64,000 nt of DNA from an uncultured Actinomycetota bacterium (GCA_963796905.1 CAWCNK010000008.1:225298-289297); one strand, 5' to 3'; positions 15,786-25,985 are shown, counted from the stretch's first letter. Numbers and translations: made by a program. The notes: generated by a model not told the origin, from the sequence alone.

Positions 15786-17255
15786 TTGTCGATCGATCCC
15801 GAACTCTCCCGGCTGGCGCTGTCGTGCACCCTGCTGGGCTACGTCGGGCCGACCCCGCCCCGGTGGTTGCTCGATGCGCTGGAGCGCGGTCTCGGCGGGG
15901 TGGTGCTGTTCGGCTCCAATGTCGGTGACGGCACCGGAGTCGCCGAGCTGACCGAGCGATTGCGGGCGGCAGCCGGCCGGGACATCGTGATCGCCCTGGA
16001 CGAGGAGGGCGGCGACGTCACCCGGCTCGACACGGTGCGCGGCAGCAGCTCGCCCGGCGCCGCCGCACTCGGCCGGCTGGGCAATGCCGCGGTGACCGAG
16101 GAGGTGCACGCGGCGATCGGGGCGCGGCTCGCGGGCGCCGGCGTCACGCTGGACCTGGCCCCGGTCGCCGACGTCAACCTCGACCCGCTCAACCCGGTGA
16201 TCGGCCTGCGCGCGTTCGGCGATGATCCCGCCGCGGTCGCCGACCAGGTCGCAGCCGCGGTCCGCGGCCTGCAGCGCGCCGGAATTGCCGCCTGCCTCAA
16301 GCACTTTCCCGGTCACGGGGCCACCCGTGCCGACTCCCACGCCGAGTCGGCCGTGCTGACCCGCAGCAGGGCCGAGCTGGCCGAGGTCGAGCTGCTGCCG
16401 TTCCGGGCCGGCATCGCGGCCGGCGCCCGTGCGGTGATGATCGGGCACCTACTGGTCCCGGACCTGGACCCGGACCGGATCGCGACCGTCAGCCCCGCGA
16501 TCGTCACCGGGCTGCTGCGCGGCGGGCTCGGCTTCGACGGCGCGGTGGTCAGCGACGCGCTGGAGATGACCGCGCTGGCCGGCCCGCTCGGCATGGTGGA
16601 GGGCTTCATCCAGGCCCTGGTCGCCGGCGTCGACACGCTGGAGACCGGGGCGCTGGACTACCCGCACCTGGTCGAGGCGATTCCGTCGGCCGTGCGGGAC
16701 GCACTGCGGACCGGCCGGCTCACCGAGGCCCGGCTGGTCGAGGCCGCCGAGCGCACCGCCCGGCTCGCGGCTGGCGGCGATGCCGGGATAGCCGTCGACC
16801 AGGTGGCCTTGGACGGCATCGAAGCCGGCTGCCTGGAGGTCATCGGTTCGGTGCCGGCGTTGCACCGCCCGCTGGTGATCGAGTGCCGGACCCGGCCCGG
16901 GGTGGCGTCCGGACAGCTGCCCTGGTCGCTGATCGACGAGCTCGTCCCACTGGTCGACGGCGTCGACGGGCTGCGGGTCGAGCACCCGCTGGACGGCGCC
17001 GAGCTGTTGCGGCTGGCCGAGGGCCGGTCGCTGGTGCTGCTGGTGCGCGATCCGGACCGCGAGACCTGGCAACGCCAACTCATCGAGGCCGCCGCCCGGC
17101 ATCCGGGCGCGGTGCTGGTCGACGCCGGCTGGCCGGCGCCGGTGCCGCCCGGCCTGCCGGTGCTGCGCACCCGCGGCATCGCACCCGGGCTGCTGCGGGC
17201 GGCGGCGGCCACGCTGGCCGGCCGGCCGGTGGCGCGCCAGCCGGAACCCGCGTGA
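15786..17255 (+). CDS. nagZ: GH3 beta-N-acetylhexosaminidase (NagZ-like)
   Basis: Motifs DEEGGDVTRL, KHFPGHG and SDALEM are present. I prefer the TTG at 15786 (GGAG 5 nt upstream). The track start at 15756 is another TTG that overlaps the dre box. A non-catalytic C-terminal extension is present. Confidence 0.8.
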   Translation: MSIDPELSRLALSCTLLGYVGPTPPRWLLDALERGLGGVVLFGSNVGDGTGVAELTERLRAAAGRDIVIALDEEGGDVTRLDTVRGSSSPGAAALGRLGNAAVTEEVHAAIGARLAGAGVTLDLAPVADVNLDPLNPVIGLRAFGDDPAAVADQVAAAVRGLQRAGIAACLKHFPGHGATRADSHAESAVLTRSRAELAEVELLPFRAGIAAGARAVMIGHLLVPDLDPDRIATVSPAIVTGLLRGGLGFDGAVVSDALEMTALAGPLGMVEGFIQALVAGVDTLETGALDYPHLVEAIPSAVRDALRTGRLTEARLVEAAERTARLAAGGDAGIAVDQVALDGIEAGCLEVIGSVPALHRPLVIECRTRPGVASGQLPWSLIDELVPLVDGVDGLRVEHPLDGAELLRLAEGRSLVLLVRDPDRETWQRQLIEAAARHPGAVLVDAGWPAPVPPGLPVLRTRGIAPGLLRAAAATLAGRPVARQPEPA

Positions 17256-17323
17256 GTGCCGCAGGGGGGCCGGACGCCCACCCGCCCGGCAACCAGCCTG
17301 GCGGGGGCCCGCCCGGTGCCCTG

Positions 17324-18328
17324 ATGGCGGCCGAGATCGCCGAACAGCCCGCGGTGCTGGACCGGCTGCTTGCCGACGGGCTCGCCGAGATCACCGAGGT
17401 GGCGGCCCGGATCCGTCGCTACGCGCCGCGCTTCGTGGTGCTGGCCGCCCGGGGAACCAGCGACCACGCGGCGCTCTACGCCAAGTACCTGGCCGAGATC
17501 CGGATGGGGGTGCCGGCCGGGCTCGCCTCGCCGTCCAGCATGACCGTCTACGGCGCCCGTCCCGAGTTGGACGGCGTGCTGTTCCTGGCCGTCAGCCAGT
17601 CCGGCAGCTCGCCCGACCTGGTGGACTCGCTCAGCGTCGCCCGGGCCTGCGGCGCGCTGACGGTGGCGGTGACCAACAATCCCGGCTCGGAGCTGGCGGG
17701 CGCTGCGGACCTGCACGTCGACGTCCGGGCCGGGGTGGAGCGCGCCGTCGCCGCCACCAAGACCTACACGGCCGAGCTGCTCGCGCTCTATTTGCTGCTG
17801 GCCGGCGACCGGGACGGCAGTGTGCCGGCCGAGGCCGCCGCGCCGCTGGCGGAGGCGGCCGAACGCACCCTGGCCACCGGTGCGGGGGCCACGGCAGCGC
17901 GCCGCTACCGCCAGGTGGACCGCCTGGTGCTGACCGGCCGGGGATACTCCTACCCGACCGCCCGGGAGGCCGCCCTGAAGCTGATGGAGACGTCGTACCT
18001 GAGCGCGCAGGCCTTCTCCGGCGCCGACCTGCTGCACGGCCCGCTGGCGATGATCGACGCGGCGGTGCCGGTGATCGCCCTGGTTCCACCGGGCCGGGTC
18101 GGGACGGCGATGGAGCCGGTGCTGGAGCGGCTGGCGGCCCGCGGTGCCGAGGTGCTGCCGGTCGGCCGCCCGGACGGCATCGCACTGGCCGGCGACGGGA
18201 TCGCCGAGGAACTGCTGCCGATCCTGGAGATCCTGCCGCTGCAACAGCTGGCCTGGCGACTGGCGCTGGACCGCGGCACCGACCCGGATCGCCCACGGGG
18301 ACTGGCGAAGGTCACCAGCACGTGGTGA
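17324..18328 (+). CDS. SIS-domain sugar-phosphate isomerase/deaminase (GlmS-isomerase-like, NagB-II type)
   Basis: MAAEIAEQPAVLDRLL... with two SIS modules (LAARGTSDHAALYAKY; VSQSGSSPD; LTGRGYSYPTAREAALKLMETS). An in-frame alternative GTG at 17252 overlaps the upstream stop (GTGA). Confidence 0.8.
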   Translation: MAAEIAEQPAVLDRLLADGLAEITEVAARIRRYAPRFVVLAARGTSDHAALYAKYLAEIRMGVPAGLASPSSMTVYGARPELDGVLFLAVSQSGSSPDLVDSLSVARACGALTVAVTNNPGSELAGAADLHVDVRAGVERAVAATKTYTAELLALYLLLAGDRDGSVPAEAAAPLAEAAERTLATGAGATAARRYRQVDRLVLTGRGYSYPTAREAALKLMETSYLSAQAFSGADLLHGPLAMIDAAVPVIALVPPGRVGTAMEPVLERLAARGAEVLPVGRPDGIALAGDGIAEELLPILEILPLQQLAWRLALDRGTDPDRPRGLAKVTSTW

Positions 18329-19182
18329 GCGGGGACCGTCCGCAACTGGACCTGCTGCCGCCGCAAGAGATCGTCGGACTGCTGCTCGATGCCGAATCCC
18401 GAGTCGTTCCCGCGGTACGGGCGGTGGCCGGGGCGATCGCGGCCGGTGCCGAGCTGATCGCCGCCCGGTTCGCCGCCGGTGGCCGGTTGCTGTTCGCCGG
18501 CGCCGGCACGTCGGGCCGGATCGCCGCCGCCGAGGCCGCCGAGCTGCCCGGCACCTTCGGCCTGGACCGGCACCGGATCGGCTGGCGGGTCGCCGGCGGC
18601 ACCGGCAGCACCGATTCCGACGAGGACGATCTGGCCGGTGCGGAAAGGGATATCGCCGAGCTGGCCGTCACCGCGGCCGACGTGCTGGTCGCCGTCGCCG
18701 CCAGTGGGGCGACCCCGTACACGCTCGCCCTGGCCGGGGCCGCCGGCCGGGCCGGCGCGGCGGTGATCGCGGTCGTCACGGTGCCCGGCTCGCCGCTGGC
18801 GGAGCTGGCCGACGTTTCGATCGCCCCGGTGGCCGGCCCGGAGGTGCTGCGCGGCTCGTCCCGGCTCACTGCGGGCACGGCGCAGAAACTCGCCCTGAAC
18901 GCCCTCACCACCGCGGCGATGGCGCGCGCCGGCCGGGTGCACGGCGACCTGATGGTGGACGTGGTGCCGGCCAACGCCAAGCTGCGCCAGCGGGCCGCCG
19001 GCATCGTGGCCGAGCTCGCGGCGGTGGGCCAGGCCGAGGCCGCCGAGACGCTGCGGCGGTGCGGCGACGACGCCCGGGCCGCCGTGCTGGTGCTGGTGGC
19101 CGGCCTGGACCCGGACGCGGCCCGCCACCGCGCCGCGGCACACCGATCGCTGCGCGAGGCCCTGCGCGAAGCTTCGGAGTGA
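18322..19182 (+). CDS. murQ: N-acetylmuramic acid 6-phosphate etherase
   Basis: 286 aa. The GTG start overlaps the previous stop by 7 nt. Sequence: LLDAESRVVPAV...GGRLLFAGAGTSGRIAAAEAAELPGTFG...SGATPYT...GSSRLTAGTAQKLALN. Confidence 0.85.
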   Translation: MVSGDRPQLDLLPPQEIVGLLLDAESRVVPAVRAVAGAIAAGAELIAARFAAGGRLLFAGAGTSGRIAAAEAAELPGTFGLDRHRIGWRVAGGTGSTDSDEDDLAGAERDIAELAVTAADVLVAVAASGATPYTLALAGAAGRAGAAVIAVVTVPGSPLAELADVSIAPVAGPEVLRGSSRLTAGTAQKLALNALTTAAMARAGRVHGDLMVDVVPANAKLRQRAAGIVAELAAVGQAEAAETLRRCGDDARAAVLVLVAGLDPDAARHRAAAHRSLREALREASE

Positions 19183-19266
19183 TCGCCTCGGATCGACCGG
19201 GCTGCCGGTGGGCATCCGGCGGTTGATAACAGTCGGGTGTCGGCCGACCGTCGCCCTTGACACCGA

Positions 19267-19282
19267 AATGGTCTAGGCCAAT
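19267..19282. promoter_or_regulatory. dre-like operator upstream of the ABC importer
   Basis: AATGGTCTAGGCCAAT matches the dre consensus at 13 of 16 positions. It is followed by the perfect palindrome AACCAATC-TCG-GATTGGTT (19299-19317). Confidence 0.5.
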
Positions 19283-19355
19283 ACTTCGAATTCATCTAAA
19301 CCAATCTCGGATTGGTTCATCGCATCGGCGCACCATCCAACCTACGGAGGCCGGC

Positions 19356-20687
19356 TTGAAGCGCACGGTAACGGGTGCCATCGTCCTGGCGGCGACGCTG
19401 GCCATGACGGCCACCGGCTGCACCTCGGACAAGTCCTCGAAAGCATCGAACGCCAAGGCCGACACCTCGGTGCTGAGCACCGACGGTGCCGGCAAGACCA
19501 TCAAGGTCTGGCTGCAGAGCGACGCCCAGAAGGGCTGGCCGGACGTCGTCCAGCAGGCCAGCCAGCGCTTCGAGCAGGCGACCGGCGCCAAGGTGGACGT
19601 CCAGTGGCAGCAGTGGTCGAACTACACCACCAAGCTGGACTCCACGTTCGCCGGCAGCAGCGGCGTCCCGGACGTGGTGGAGCTGGGCAACACCCAGACC
19701 GCCTCCTACATCGCGGCCGGCGCCTTCCTCGACCTGACCTCGGCCAAGGGCCAGTTCGAGAACTCGGGCAGCTGGCTGCAGGGCCTGGCCGAGTCGGGCA
19801 CGTCGCCGGCCGGCAAGCTGATGGCGGTGCCGTACTACGCCGGCAGCCGGGTGGTCATCTACCGCAAGGACCTGTGGACCAAGGCCGGCGTCACCACGGC
19901 GCCGACCACCCTGGACGAGCTGTTCGCCGACCTGGACAAGGTCAAGGCCGCCAACGCCTCCGACCCGCGGTTCTCCGCCTTCTACATGGCGGGCAAGAAC
20001 TGGTACGCGGCGATGTCGTTCGTCTACGGCGCCGGCGGCAAGATCGCCGAGCAGAGCAACGGCCAGTGGACCGGCGCGCTGGAGAGCAGCCAGGCCCAGC
20101 AGGGACTGGACCGGTGGAAGCAGCTCGCCACCACGTACTCGGTGGGCGGCGCCACCAAGGACGAGTCCGACCAGGACGCCATCATGGCGCTCGGCCACAC
20201 CGGGGCGATCCTCGGCAACGGCTGGGAGGTCGGCGCGGTGACCGACAAGAAGACCGGCAACCCGGCGCTGGCGTCCAAGCTGGACACCTTCCCGATGCCG
20301 GGCACCGCGGCCGGCCAGTACACCCCGTCGTTCCTGGGTGGTTCGGACCTGGCCGTCCCGGCCAAGGCGCCCAACGCCGGCCTCGGCGCCCAGTGGGTGA
20401 AGTACTTCACCGACACGACCAGCCAGACGGCGCTGGCCAAGTTCGCCATCCCGAACACCACGTCGCTGCTGGGCGTGTACTCCGGGCAGGCGCAGGCCAA
20501 CCAGTCGACCGGCGAGGCGGCCAAGAACACCTGGTTCGTGCCCAACACGCCGAACTGGGCCAACGTCGAGAGCGGCAATATCCTGCAGAACATGCTCACC
20601 TCGATCGCGACCGGCAAGAGCAGCGTGGCCGACGCCGCCAAGGCGGCGGACGGCCAGATCGCCACCACGCTCAACGCCAGCGGCTGA
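19356..20687 (+). CDS. ABC transporter sugar-binding lipoprotein (family 1 SBP)
   Basis: TTG at 19356 lies 5 nt after GGAGG. Signal and lipobox: LKRTVTGAIVLAATLAMTATGC. The body is typical of a sugar SBP. Confidence 0.85.
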   Translation: MKRTVTGAIVLAATLAMTATGCTSDKSSKASNAKADTSVLSTDGAGKTIKVWLQSDAQKGWPDVVQQASQRFEQATGAKVDVQWQQWSNYTTKLDSTFAGSSGVPDVVELGNTQTASYIAAGAFLDLTSAKGQFENSGSWLQGLAESGTSPAGKLMAVPYYAGSRVVIYRKDLWTKAGVTTAPTTLDELFADLDKVKAANASDPRFSAFYMAGKNWYAAMSFVYGAGGKIAEQSNGQWTGALESSQAQQGLDRWKQLATTYSVGGATKDESDQDAIMALGHTGAILGNGWEVGAVTDKKTGNPALASKLDTFPMPGTAAGQYTPSFLGGSDLAVPAKAPNAGLGAQWVKYFTDTTSQTALAKFAIPNTTSLLGVYSGQAQANQSTGEAAKNTWFVPNTPNWANVESGNILQNMLTSIATGKSSVADAAKAADGQIATTLNASG

Positions 20688-20790
20688 CGGGTACCACCCA
20701 GAGGTCGGCGGGGAGCAGCTGACGAGCGCGGTGCGGGCAGGCGGTGATCCACCTGCCCGCACCGGCCTTTCCGAGCAGGAGGAGGAGTAG

Positions 20791-21774
20791 ATGACCGCCA
20801 CCGTCCCCGGGCCACCGGCCCTGCAGCCCGACACCACCGGCCCGCGCGGCCGGCGGGGCCGGCGCAACCGGCCGGTCCGCGGCGGTGGCCTGCCGTACCT
20901 GCTGATCGTGCCGGCGGTGTTCGTCCTGCTGGTCGTGGTGGCCCAGCCACTGTTCAAGATCGTCCAGCTCTCGCTGCAGAAGCAGGAATCCGGAAAGTTC
21001 GCGCTGTTCCACTCCGGCGCCAGCACCCCGTTCGTCGGGCTGGACAACTACCGCAAAGTGCTGAGCGACTCGAGGTTCTGGACCGTGCTCGGCCGCACCG
21101 CGGCGTTCACCGCGATCAACGTGGTGCTGAGCATGCTGATCGGCATCGGGATCGCGGTACTGCTGAACCGGGTCTCGGCCTGGGCCCGGCTGACGCTGAT
21201 CGCGGTGCTGCTGTTCGTGTGGGCCATCCCGACCACGGTGTCGACGCAGGTCTTCTACTGGCTGTTCAACAACCAGTTCGGTGCGGTGAACTACCTGCTG
21301 GACCTGGTCCCCGGGGTGCACCTGCAGGGCCACGACTGGTTCGCCGATCCGCACCAGGGGCTGGCGGTGATCGCCGCCGTGGTGATCTGGGGCGCGGTGC
21401 CGTTGCTGGCGATCTCGCTGCACGCCGGAATCGGCCAGATCCCGAAGGAGATCGGCGAGTCGGCCCGCTGCGACGGTGCCGGTGGCTGGCAGGTGTTCCG
21501 CCACATCACGTTGCCGTTCCTGGCCCCGTTGCTGGTGATCCTCACGACGCTGTCGGTGATCTGGGACTTCGGGGTGTTCAACCAGATCTGGTTCATGCGC
21601 ACCGGCCACCCCGAACCGGGGTACCAGACCATCGGCATCTACATGTACTCGACCGGGATCGGGTCCAGCCACTACAACACCGGCGCGACCATCGGCGTGC
21701 TGATGATGCTGGGCCTGCTCGGCGTCATGATCGCCTACATCCGTCAGCTGCTGCGGATCTCGGACGCCGCATGA
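20791..21774 (+). CDS. Carbohydrate ABC transporter permease (MalF/UgpA-like)
   Basis: 327 aa. RBS GGAGGAGGAG precedes it. Six TM segments and an EAA-like loop (ESARCDGAGGWQVFRHITLP) are present. Confidence 0.85.
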   Translation: MTATVPGPPALQPDTTGPRGRRGRRNRPVRGGGLPYLLIVPAVFVLLVVVAQPLFKIVQLSLQKQESGKFALFHSGASTPFVGLDNYRKVLSDSRFWTVLGRTAAFTAINVVLSMLIGIGIAVLLNRVSAWARLTLIAVLLFVWAIPTTVSTQVFYWLFNNQFGAVNYLLDLVPGVHLQGHDWFADPHQGLAVIAAVVIWGAVPLLAISLHAGIGQIPKEIGESARCDGAGGWQVFRHITLPFLAPLLVILTTLSVIWDFGVFNQIWFMRTGHPEPGYQTIGIYMYSTGIGSSHYNTGATIGVLMMLGLLGVMIAYIRQLLRISDAA

Positions 21775-21811
21775 GCCGCCAGAGCCGCCAGAGCCGGAAG
21801 CGGGCCACAGG

Positions 21812-22732
21812 ATGAGCACGACCACCGACCAGCTCCCCGCCGTGCCGGTCACTCCGGTGTCGCAGCCGTCGGACCGGCCGGTCCGGCGCCGCCGGCGCAC
21901 CCGGCGCAGCTATGCCACCGCCGGCTGGAACACCCTGGCGATGCTGGTGGCCGTGCTGTTCGGCTTCCCGGTCTACTGGATGCTGATCACCTCCTTCAAG
22001 ACCAGCGCCGACATCAACCGGTTGGTGCCGCAGTTCTGGCCGCGGCACCCCACGCTGGCGAGCTTCCGCGAGGTGCTCGCCGACCCGATCTTCCGGCAGG
22101 ACCTGGCCAACACCTTCGTCATCACGCTCGCCGCGGTCGCGATCAGCGTCGTCATCGGCTTCTTCGCCGCGCTGGCGATCGCCCGGTTCCGGTTCGCCGG
22201 CCGCCGGGTGTTCGTCTTCGCGGTGCTGATCGTGCAGATGATTCCCCTGCTGGCACTGACGATTCCGATGTCGCTGCTGCTCGACCGGTACCAGCTGAAG
22301 AACTCCCTCACCGGCGTGGTGCTGGCCTACCTGATGTTCACCATGCCCTACACGGTCTGGACGCTGCGCACCTTCATCGCCAACATCCCGATCGAGCTCG
22401 ACGAGGCGGCCATGGTCGACGGCTGCAGCAGATTCCAGACGTTCTACCGGATCATCCTGCCGCTGGTCGCCCCCGGGCTGATCGCCACCAGCGTGTTCGG
22501 CTGGATCCTGGCCTGGAACGAGTTCGTGCTGGCCAACACGCTGCTGCTCGACAACAGCAAGCAGACCTCGATGATCTACCTGCTGATCTTCCAGTCCAGC
22601 CCGACGCACGGTGCCGACTACGGCGGCCTGATGGCGGCCGCCGCCCTCACCGCGCTGCCGGTGGTGGTGCTGTTCGTGCTGTTCCAGAGCCGCATCTCGG
22701 CCGGGCTCACCGCCGGCGCGGTGAAGGGCTGA
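21812..22732 (+). CDS. Carbohydrate ABC transporter permease (MalG/UgpE-like)
   Basis: 306 aa. The EAA loop reads DEAAMVDGCSRFQTFYRIILP. Confidence 0.85.
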   Translation: MSTTTDQLPAVPVTPVSQPSDRPVRRRRRTRRSYATAGWNTLAMLVAVLFGFPVYWMLITSFKTSADINRLVPQFWPRHPTLASFREVLADPIFRQDLANTFVITLAAVAISVVIGFFAALAIARFRFAGRRVFVFAVLIVQMIPLLALTIPMSLLLDRYQLKNSLTGVVLAYLMFTMPYTVWTLRTFIANIPIELDEAAMVDGCSRFQTFYRIILPLVAPGLIATSVFGWILAWNEFVLANTLLLDNSKQTSMIYLLIFQSSPTHGADYGGLMAAAALTALPVVVLFVLFQSRISAGLTAGAVKG

Positions 22733-22737
22733 CCAGG

Positions 22738-23664
22738 ATGCAGACCCCGACACCGGACGTGCTCGCCATCGACGTCGGCGGCAGTGCCATCAAGGCCGCC
22801 CGCTACCACCGGGACGGGCAGCTGCTGGACACCTGCCGGGTGCCGACGCCGGCACCGTCCCGGCTGGCCGACGAGATCACCGGGATCGCTCGCCGGCTGT
22901 GCGGGCCGGGCACCGCGGCGGTCGGCGTGGTCACCCCCGGGGTGATCGCCGACGGGGTGCTGCGGCACGCGGTGAACCTGGGCGTGCGCGACCTGCCGCT
23001 GCGTGACCTGGTGGCCGAGGCGGTGGGGTTGCCGGCCGTCATCGGCCACGACCTGGCCGCCGCGGCGCTGGCCGAGAGCGCGGCGCTCAAGGAGGATCTG
23101 CTGTTCGTCGGCCTCGGCACCGGCATCGCGGCAAGCCTGGTCACCGGCGGCCAGCCGTGCCGGGGTGCGAACGGGATGGCCGGCGAGCTGGGGCATGTCT
23201 GCGTCGTGCCCGGCGGACAGCTGTGCGGCTGTGGCCAGCGCGGCTGCCTGGAGGCCTACGCCTCGGCGGCCGGCATCGCGCGCCGGTACGCCGCCCGGAC
23301 CGGTGCTCGCGCGGACAGCCCGGATGCGGCCGGGATCGTCGAGCGGTTGGCCACCGACCCGGCCGCGGCGGCGGTCTGGGCCGAGGCGGTCGCGGCGCTG
23401 TCGGACGCGCTGGCGACCGCCGTCCAGCTGCTCGACCCGGCCGTCGTGGTGCTCGGCGGCGGGCTGGCGCTGGCCGGCCCCGCGCTGTTCGAACCGGTTC
23501 GGGCCGGCCTGGCCGACCGGTTGCGCTGGCGGCCGGCGCCGGAGGTGCGCCCGGCGCTGCTCGGCGTGGACGCCGGCCGGGCCGGTGCGGCGCTGCTGGC
23601 CTGGCGGCTGCTCGACGACACCGACATTGCCGAGGACTTCTCGCAGAAGGGCGCTGGCCGATGA
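22738..23664 (+). CDS. ROK family sugar kinase (GlcNAc/MurNAc kinase candidate)
   Basis: 308 aa. The N-terminal ATP motif is LAIDVGGSAIK. The ROK zinc motif is GELGHVCVVPGGQLCGCGQRGCLEAYAS. Confidence 0.85.
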   Translation: MQTPTPDVLAIDVGGSAIKAARYHRDGQLLDTCRVPTPAPSRLADEITGIARRLCGPGTAAVGVVTPGVIADGVLRHAVNLGVRDLPLRDLVAEAVGLPAVIGHDLAAAALAESAALKEDLLFVGLGTGIAASLVTGGQPCRGANGMAGELGHVCVVPGGQLCGCGQRGCLEAYASAAGIARRYAARTGARADSPDAAGIVERLATDPAAAAVWAEAVAALSDALATAVQLLDPAVVVLGGGLALAGPALFEPVRAGLADRLRWRPAPEVRPALLGVDAGRAGAALLAWRLLDDTDIAEDFSQKGAGR

Positions 23665-24791
23665 CCGTGCTGACCGGGGCGCAGGTGGTGACTGCGACGG
23701 GGGTGCTCACCGGTGGCGAGGTACGGGTCGCCGACGGCCGGATCACCGCCGTCGGGCCGGCCGGCACCGCGACGACCCACGAGGAGCGGGTGGACCTTTC
23801 CGGCTGCTGGCTGGTGCCGGGCTTCGTGGACCTGCACATGCACGGCGGCGGCGGCCACGACGTGACCCGCTCGGCCGACGACCTGAGGGCGGCGGTCCGG
23901 TTCCACCGCGGCCACGGCACCACCCGCACCCTGGTGTCGCTGATGGCCCAGCCGGTCGACCAGCTGTGCGAGCAGCTCGGCTGGATCGCCGGGCTGACCG
24001 CCGCCGGCGAGATTCTGGGCGCGCACCTCGAAGGGCCGTTCCTCAGCTCGGCCCGGTGCGGCGCGCAACGGCCGGAGAACCTGCTGGCCCCGGACCCGCT
24101 GGTGCTCGGCAAGCTGCTGGAGGCCGGCCAGGGATCGGTGCGCACCATGACGGTGGCGCCGGAACTGCCCGGTGCCGGCGAGCTGATCGCCGACCTGCTC
24201 GCCGCCGGCGTGGTCGCGGCGGTCGGGCACTCCGACGCCAGCTACGAGCAGGCGGCCGGGGCCTTCGCCGCCGGCGCGTCGCTGGCCACCCACCTGTTCA
24301 ACGCGATGGGTTCCTCGCTGGACCACCGCGCGCCCGGCCCGTCGGTGGCCGCCCTGGACGCGGGCGTGTTCGTCGAGATGATCAACGACGGGGTGCACGT
24401 GCACGACGCCCTGACCCGGCTGGTGGCCCGGGTCGCGCCGGACCGGCTGATCTTCATCACCGACGCCATCAGCGCCGCGGGCATCGGCGACGGGGAGTAC
24501 ACCCTGGGCGACCAGACGGTGCGGGTGTCGGCGGGCAACGCCTGGTCGGCGGCCGACCGGCTGGCCGGCAGCACCCTCACCATGGACGAGGCGGTCCGCC
24601 GGGCCGTCCAGCAGGTGGGGCTGGGCATCGAGCAGGCGGTGGCCGCCGCCGCCAGCACCCCGGCGCGGCTGCTGGGCCTGGCCGACGAGTGCGGCGCGAT
24701 CCGGGCCGGCCTGGCCGCCGACCTGGTGGTGCTGGACGCCGGCCTGCGGGTGCGGCGGGTGATGGTCGGCGGCGACTGGTTGGCCGGCTGA
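23661..24791 (+). CDS. nagA: N-acetylglucosamine-6-phosphate deacetylase
   Basis: ATG at 23661 overlaps the ROK stop (ATGA). Sequence: PGFVDLHMHGGGGHD...HLEGPFLS...GHSDASYEQ...THLFNAM. The upstream part of the 544-aa track ORF is junk. Confidence 0.85.
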   Translation: MTVLTGAQVVTATGVLTGGEVRVADGRITAVGPAGTATTHEERVDLSGCWLVPGFVDLHMHGGGGHDVTRSADDLRAAVRFHRGHGTTRTLVSLMAQPVDQLCEQLGWIAGLTAAGEILGAHLEGPFLSSARCGAQRPENLLAPDPLVLGKLLEAGQGSVRTMTVAPELPGAGELIADLLAAGVVAAVGHSDASYEQAAGAFAAGASLATHLFNAMGSSLDHRAPGPSVAALDAGVFVEMINDGVHVHDALTRLVARVAPDRLIFITDAISAAGIGDGEYTLGDQTVRVSAGNAWSAADRLAGSTLTMDEAVRRAVQQVGLGIEQAVAAAASTPARLLGLADECGAIRAGLAADLVVLDAGLRVRRVMVGGDWLAG

Positions 24792-24857
24792 CGCGCAACT
24801 TGGCAGGCTGGCCCCGCGGCGTGCTATACCCGAGTCATCCAGGTCTGAACAGAACGG

Positions 24858-25850
24858 ATGGAGCCGGAGATGCGATTACGCGCGCTGGTCATGGTGGGAC
24901 TGCTGACCGTCGCATCGGCGGTGTTACCGATGGCCGCGGCTTCGCCGGCGGGGGCCGTCACCACCCGGCAGCTCCGCCTGATCCAGTACAACATCGACGG
25001 TGGCCACAACGGCGGCGGCGCCGGCATCCTGGGCTTCCTCAACGCCCGGATCGCGGAGTTCAGCCCCGACGTGGTGACCCTCGACGAGGTCTGCGCCACC
25101 CAGTTGCACGCCTTCGAGGCCGATCATCCGACCTGGAGCGTGACCTGGGTGCACATGGTCCAGTCGCCTGACTACCACTACTGCGGCACCGGCGACGACG
25201 CCCGGGTCGGTGAGCTGCTGGCCAGCCCGTGGCCGATGTCCAACATCGTGGTCAACGCCCTCGGCCCGTCCAGCCAGCGCACCTACTCGTGGGGGACGGT
25301 CACCCTCGACTACCGGCTGCTGTGCGCCGACCTCGACGTCAGCGGCCTGCCGGCCGGCAAGGTGCACGCCTGCGTGACCCACCTGCGCTCCGGCGGCAAC
25401 GCCAACCAGGTCGACCGGACCACCGACACCAGCATCATCAAGACCCGGCTCGCGCCGTTCATCGCGGCCGGCAGTGAGGTGGTGCTCGGCGGCGACTTCA
25501 ACGCGGTGCCCGCCGCGTCGGAGCTGAACAGCATCTACCGGTTGACCACCTCGAACAAGCCGACCGGCCCGGGCCAGTTCTGGGAGGCCGACGAGGACTA
25601 CAACTGCTCCGGCATCTGCCGGGGTGGCGAGACCACCTACCCGCCGAACACCAGCCTGAGCACCTCGACCAAGCGGGATTACGCCTTCTACTCCACCAAC
25701 TTCGCCACCGGGCAGCTCAGTGCGTTGCCATACGGCGACGACGCGCCGACCCACCCGAACAACCTGTGCAGCACCTCGCAGGGCGGCACGCTGTCGACCG
25801 ACTGCTCGGATCACTACCTGTACCGCGCCTACGCGACCGTGACCATGTAG
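24858..25850 (+). CDS. Secreted endonuclease/exonuclease/phosphatase (EEP) family protein
   Basis: Signal peptide: MRLRALVMVGLLTVASAVLPMAAASPAGA. EEP landmarks are LRLIQYNI, VVTLDEV, VLGGDFN and SDHYL. An alternative start ATG at 24870 has a better-placed GGAG. Confidence 0.65.
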   Translation: MEPEMRLRALVMVGLLTVASAVLPMAAASPAGAVTTRQLRLIQYNIDGGHNGGGAGILGFLNARIAEFSPDVVTLDEVCATQLHAFEADHPTWSVTWVHMVQSPDYHYCGTGDDARVGELLASPWPMSNIVVNALGPSSQRTYSWGTVTLDYRLLCADLDVSGLPAGKVHACVTHLRSGGNANQVDRTTDTSIIKTRLAPFIAAGSEVVLGGDFNAVPAASELNSIYRLTTSNKPTGPGQFWEADEDYNCSGICRGGETTYPPNTSLSTSTKRDYAFYSTNFATGQLSALPYGDDAPTHPNNLCSTSQGGTLSTDCSDHYLYRAYATVTM

Positions 25851-25920
25851 CGGGCGCGAACGCGCACTCCACCGTGCGACATCCGGGCGGTCTGTGGCCG
25901 CGCCGAAGGTTCTGAAACGC

Positions 25921-25958
25921 CGAGTGCGGCGGCGACCCGAAGGTCACCGCCGCACTCG
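25921..25958. terminator. Bidirectional terminator hairpin between convergent genes
   Basis: cgagtgcggcggcgac / gtcaccgccgcactcg: a 12-bp perfect stem plus 3 further pairs, with loop ccgaag. Confidence 0.6.
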
Positions 25959-25985
25959 TGCGTTGGTAAAGCTGCTACTGCTGAA

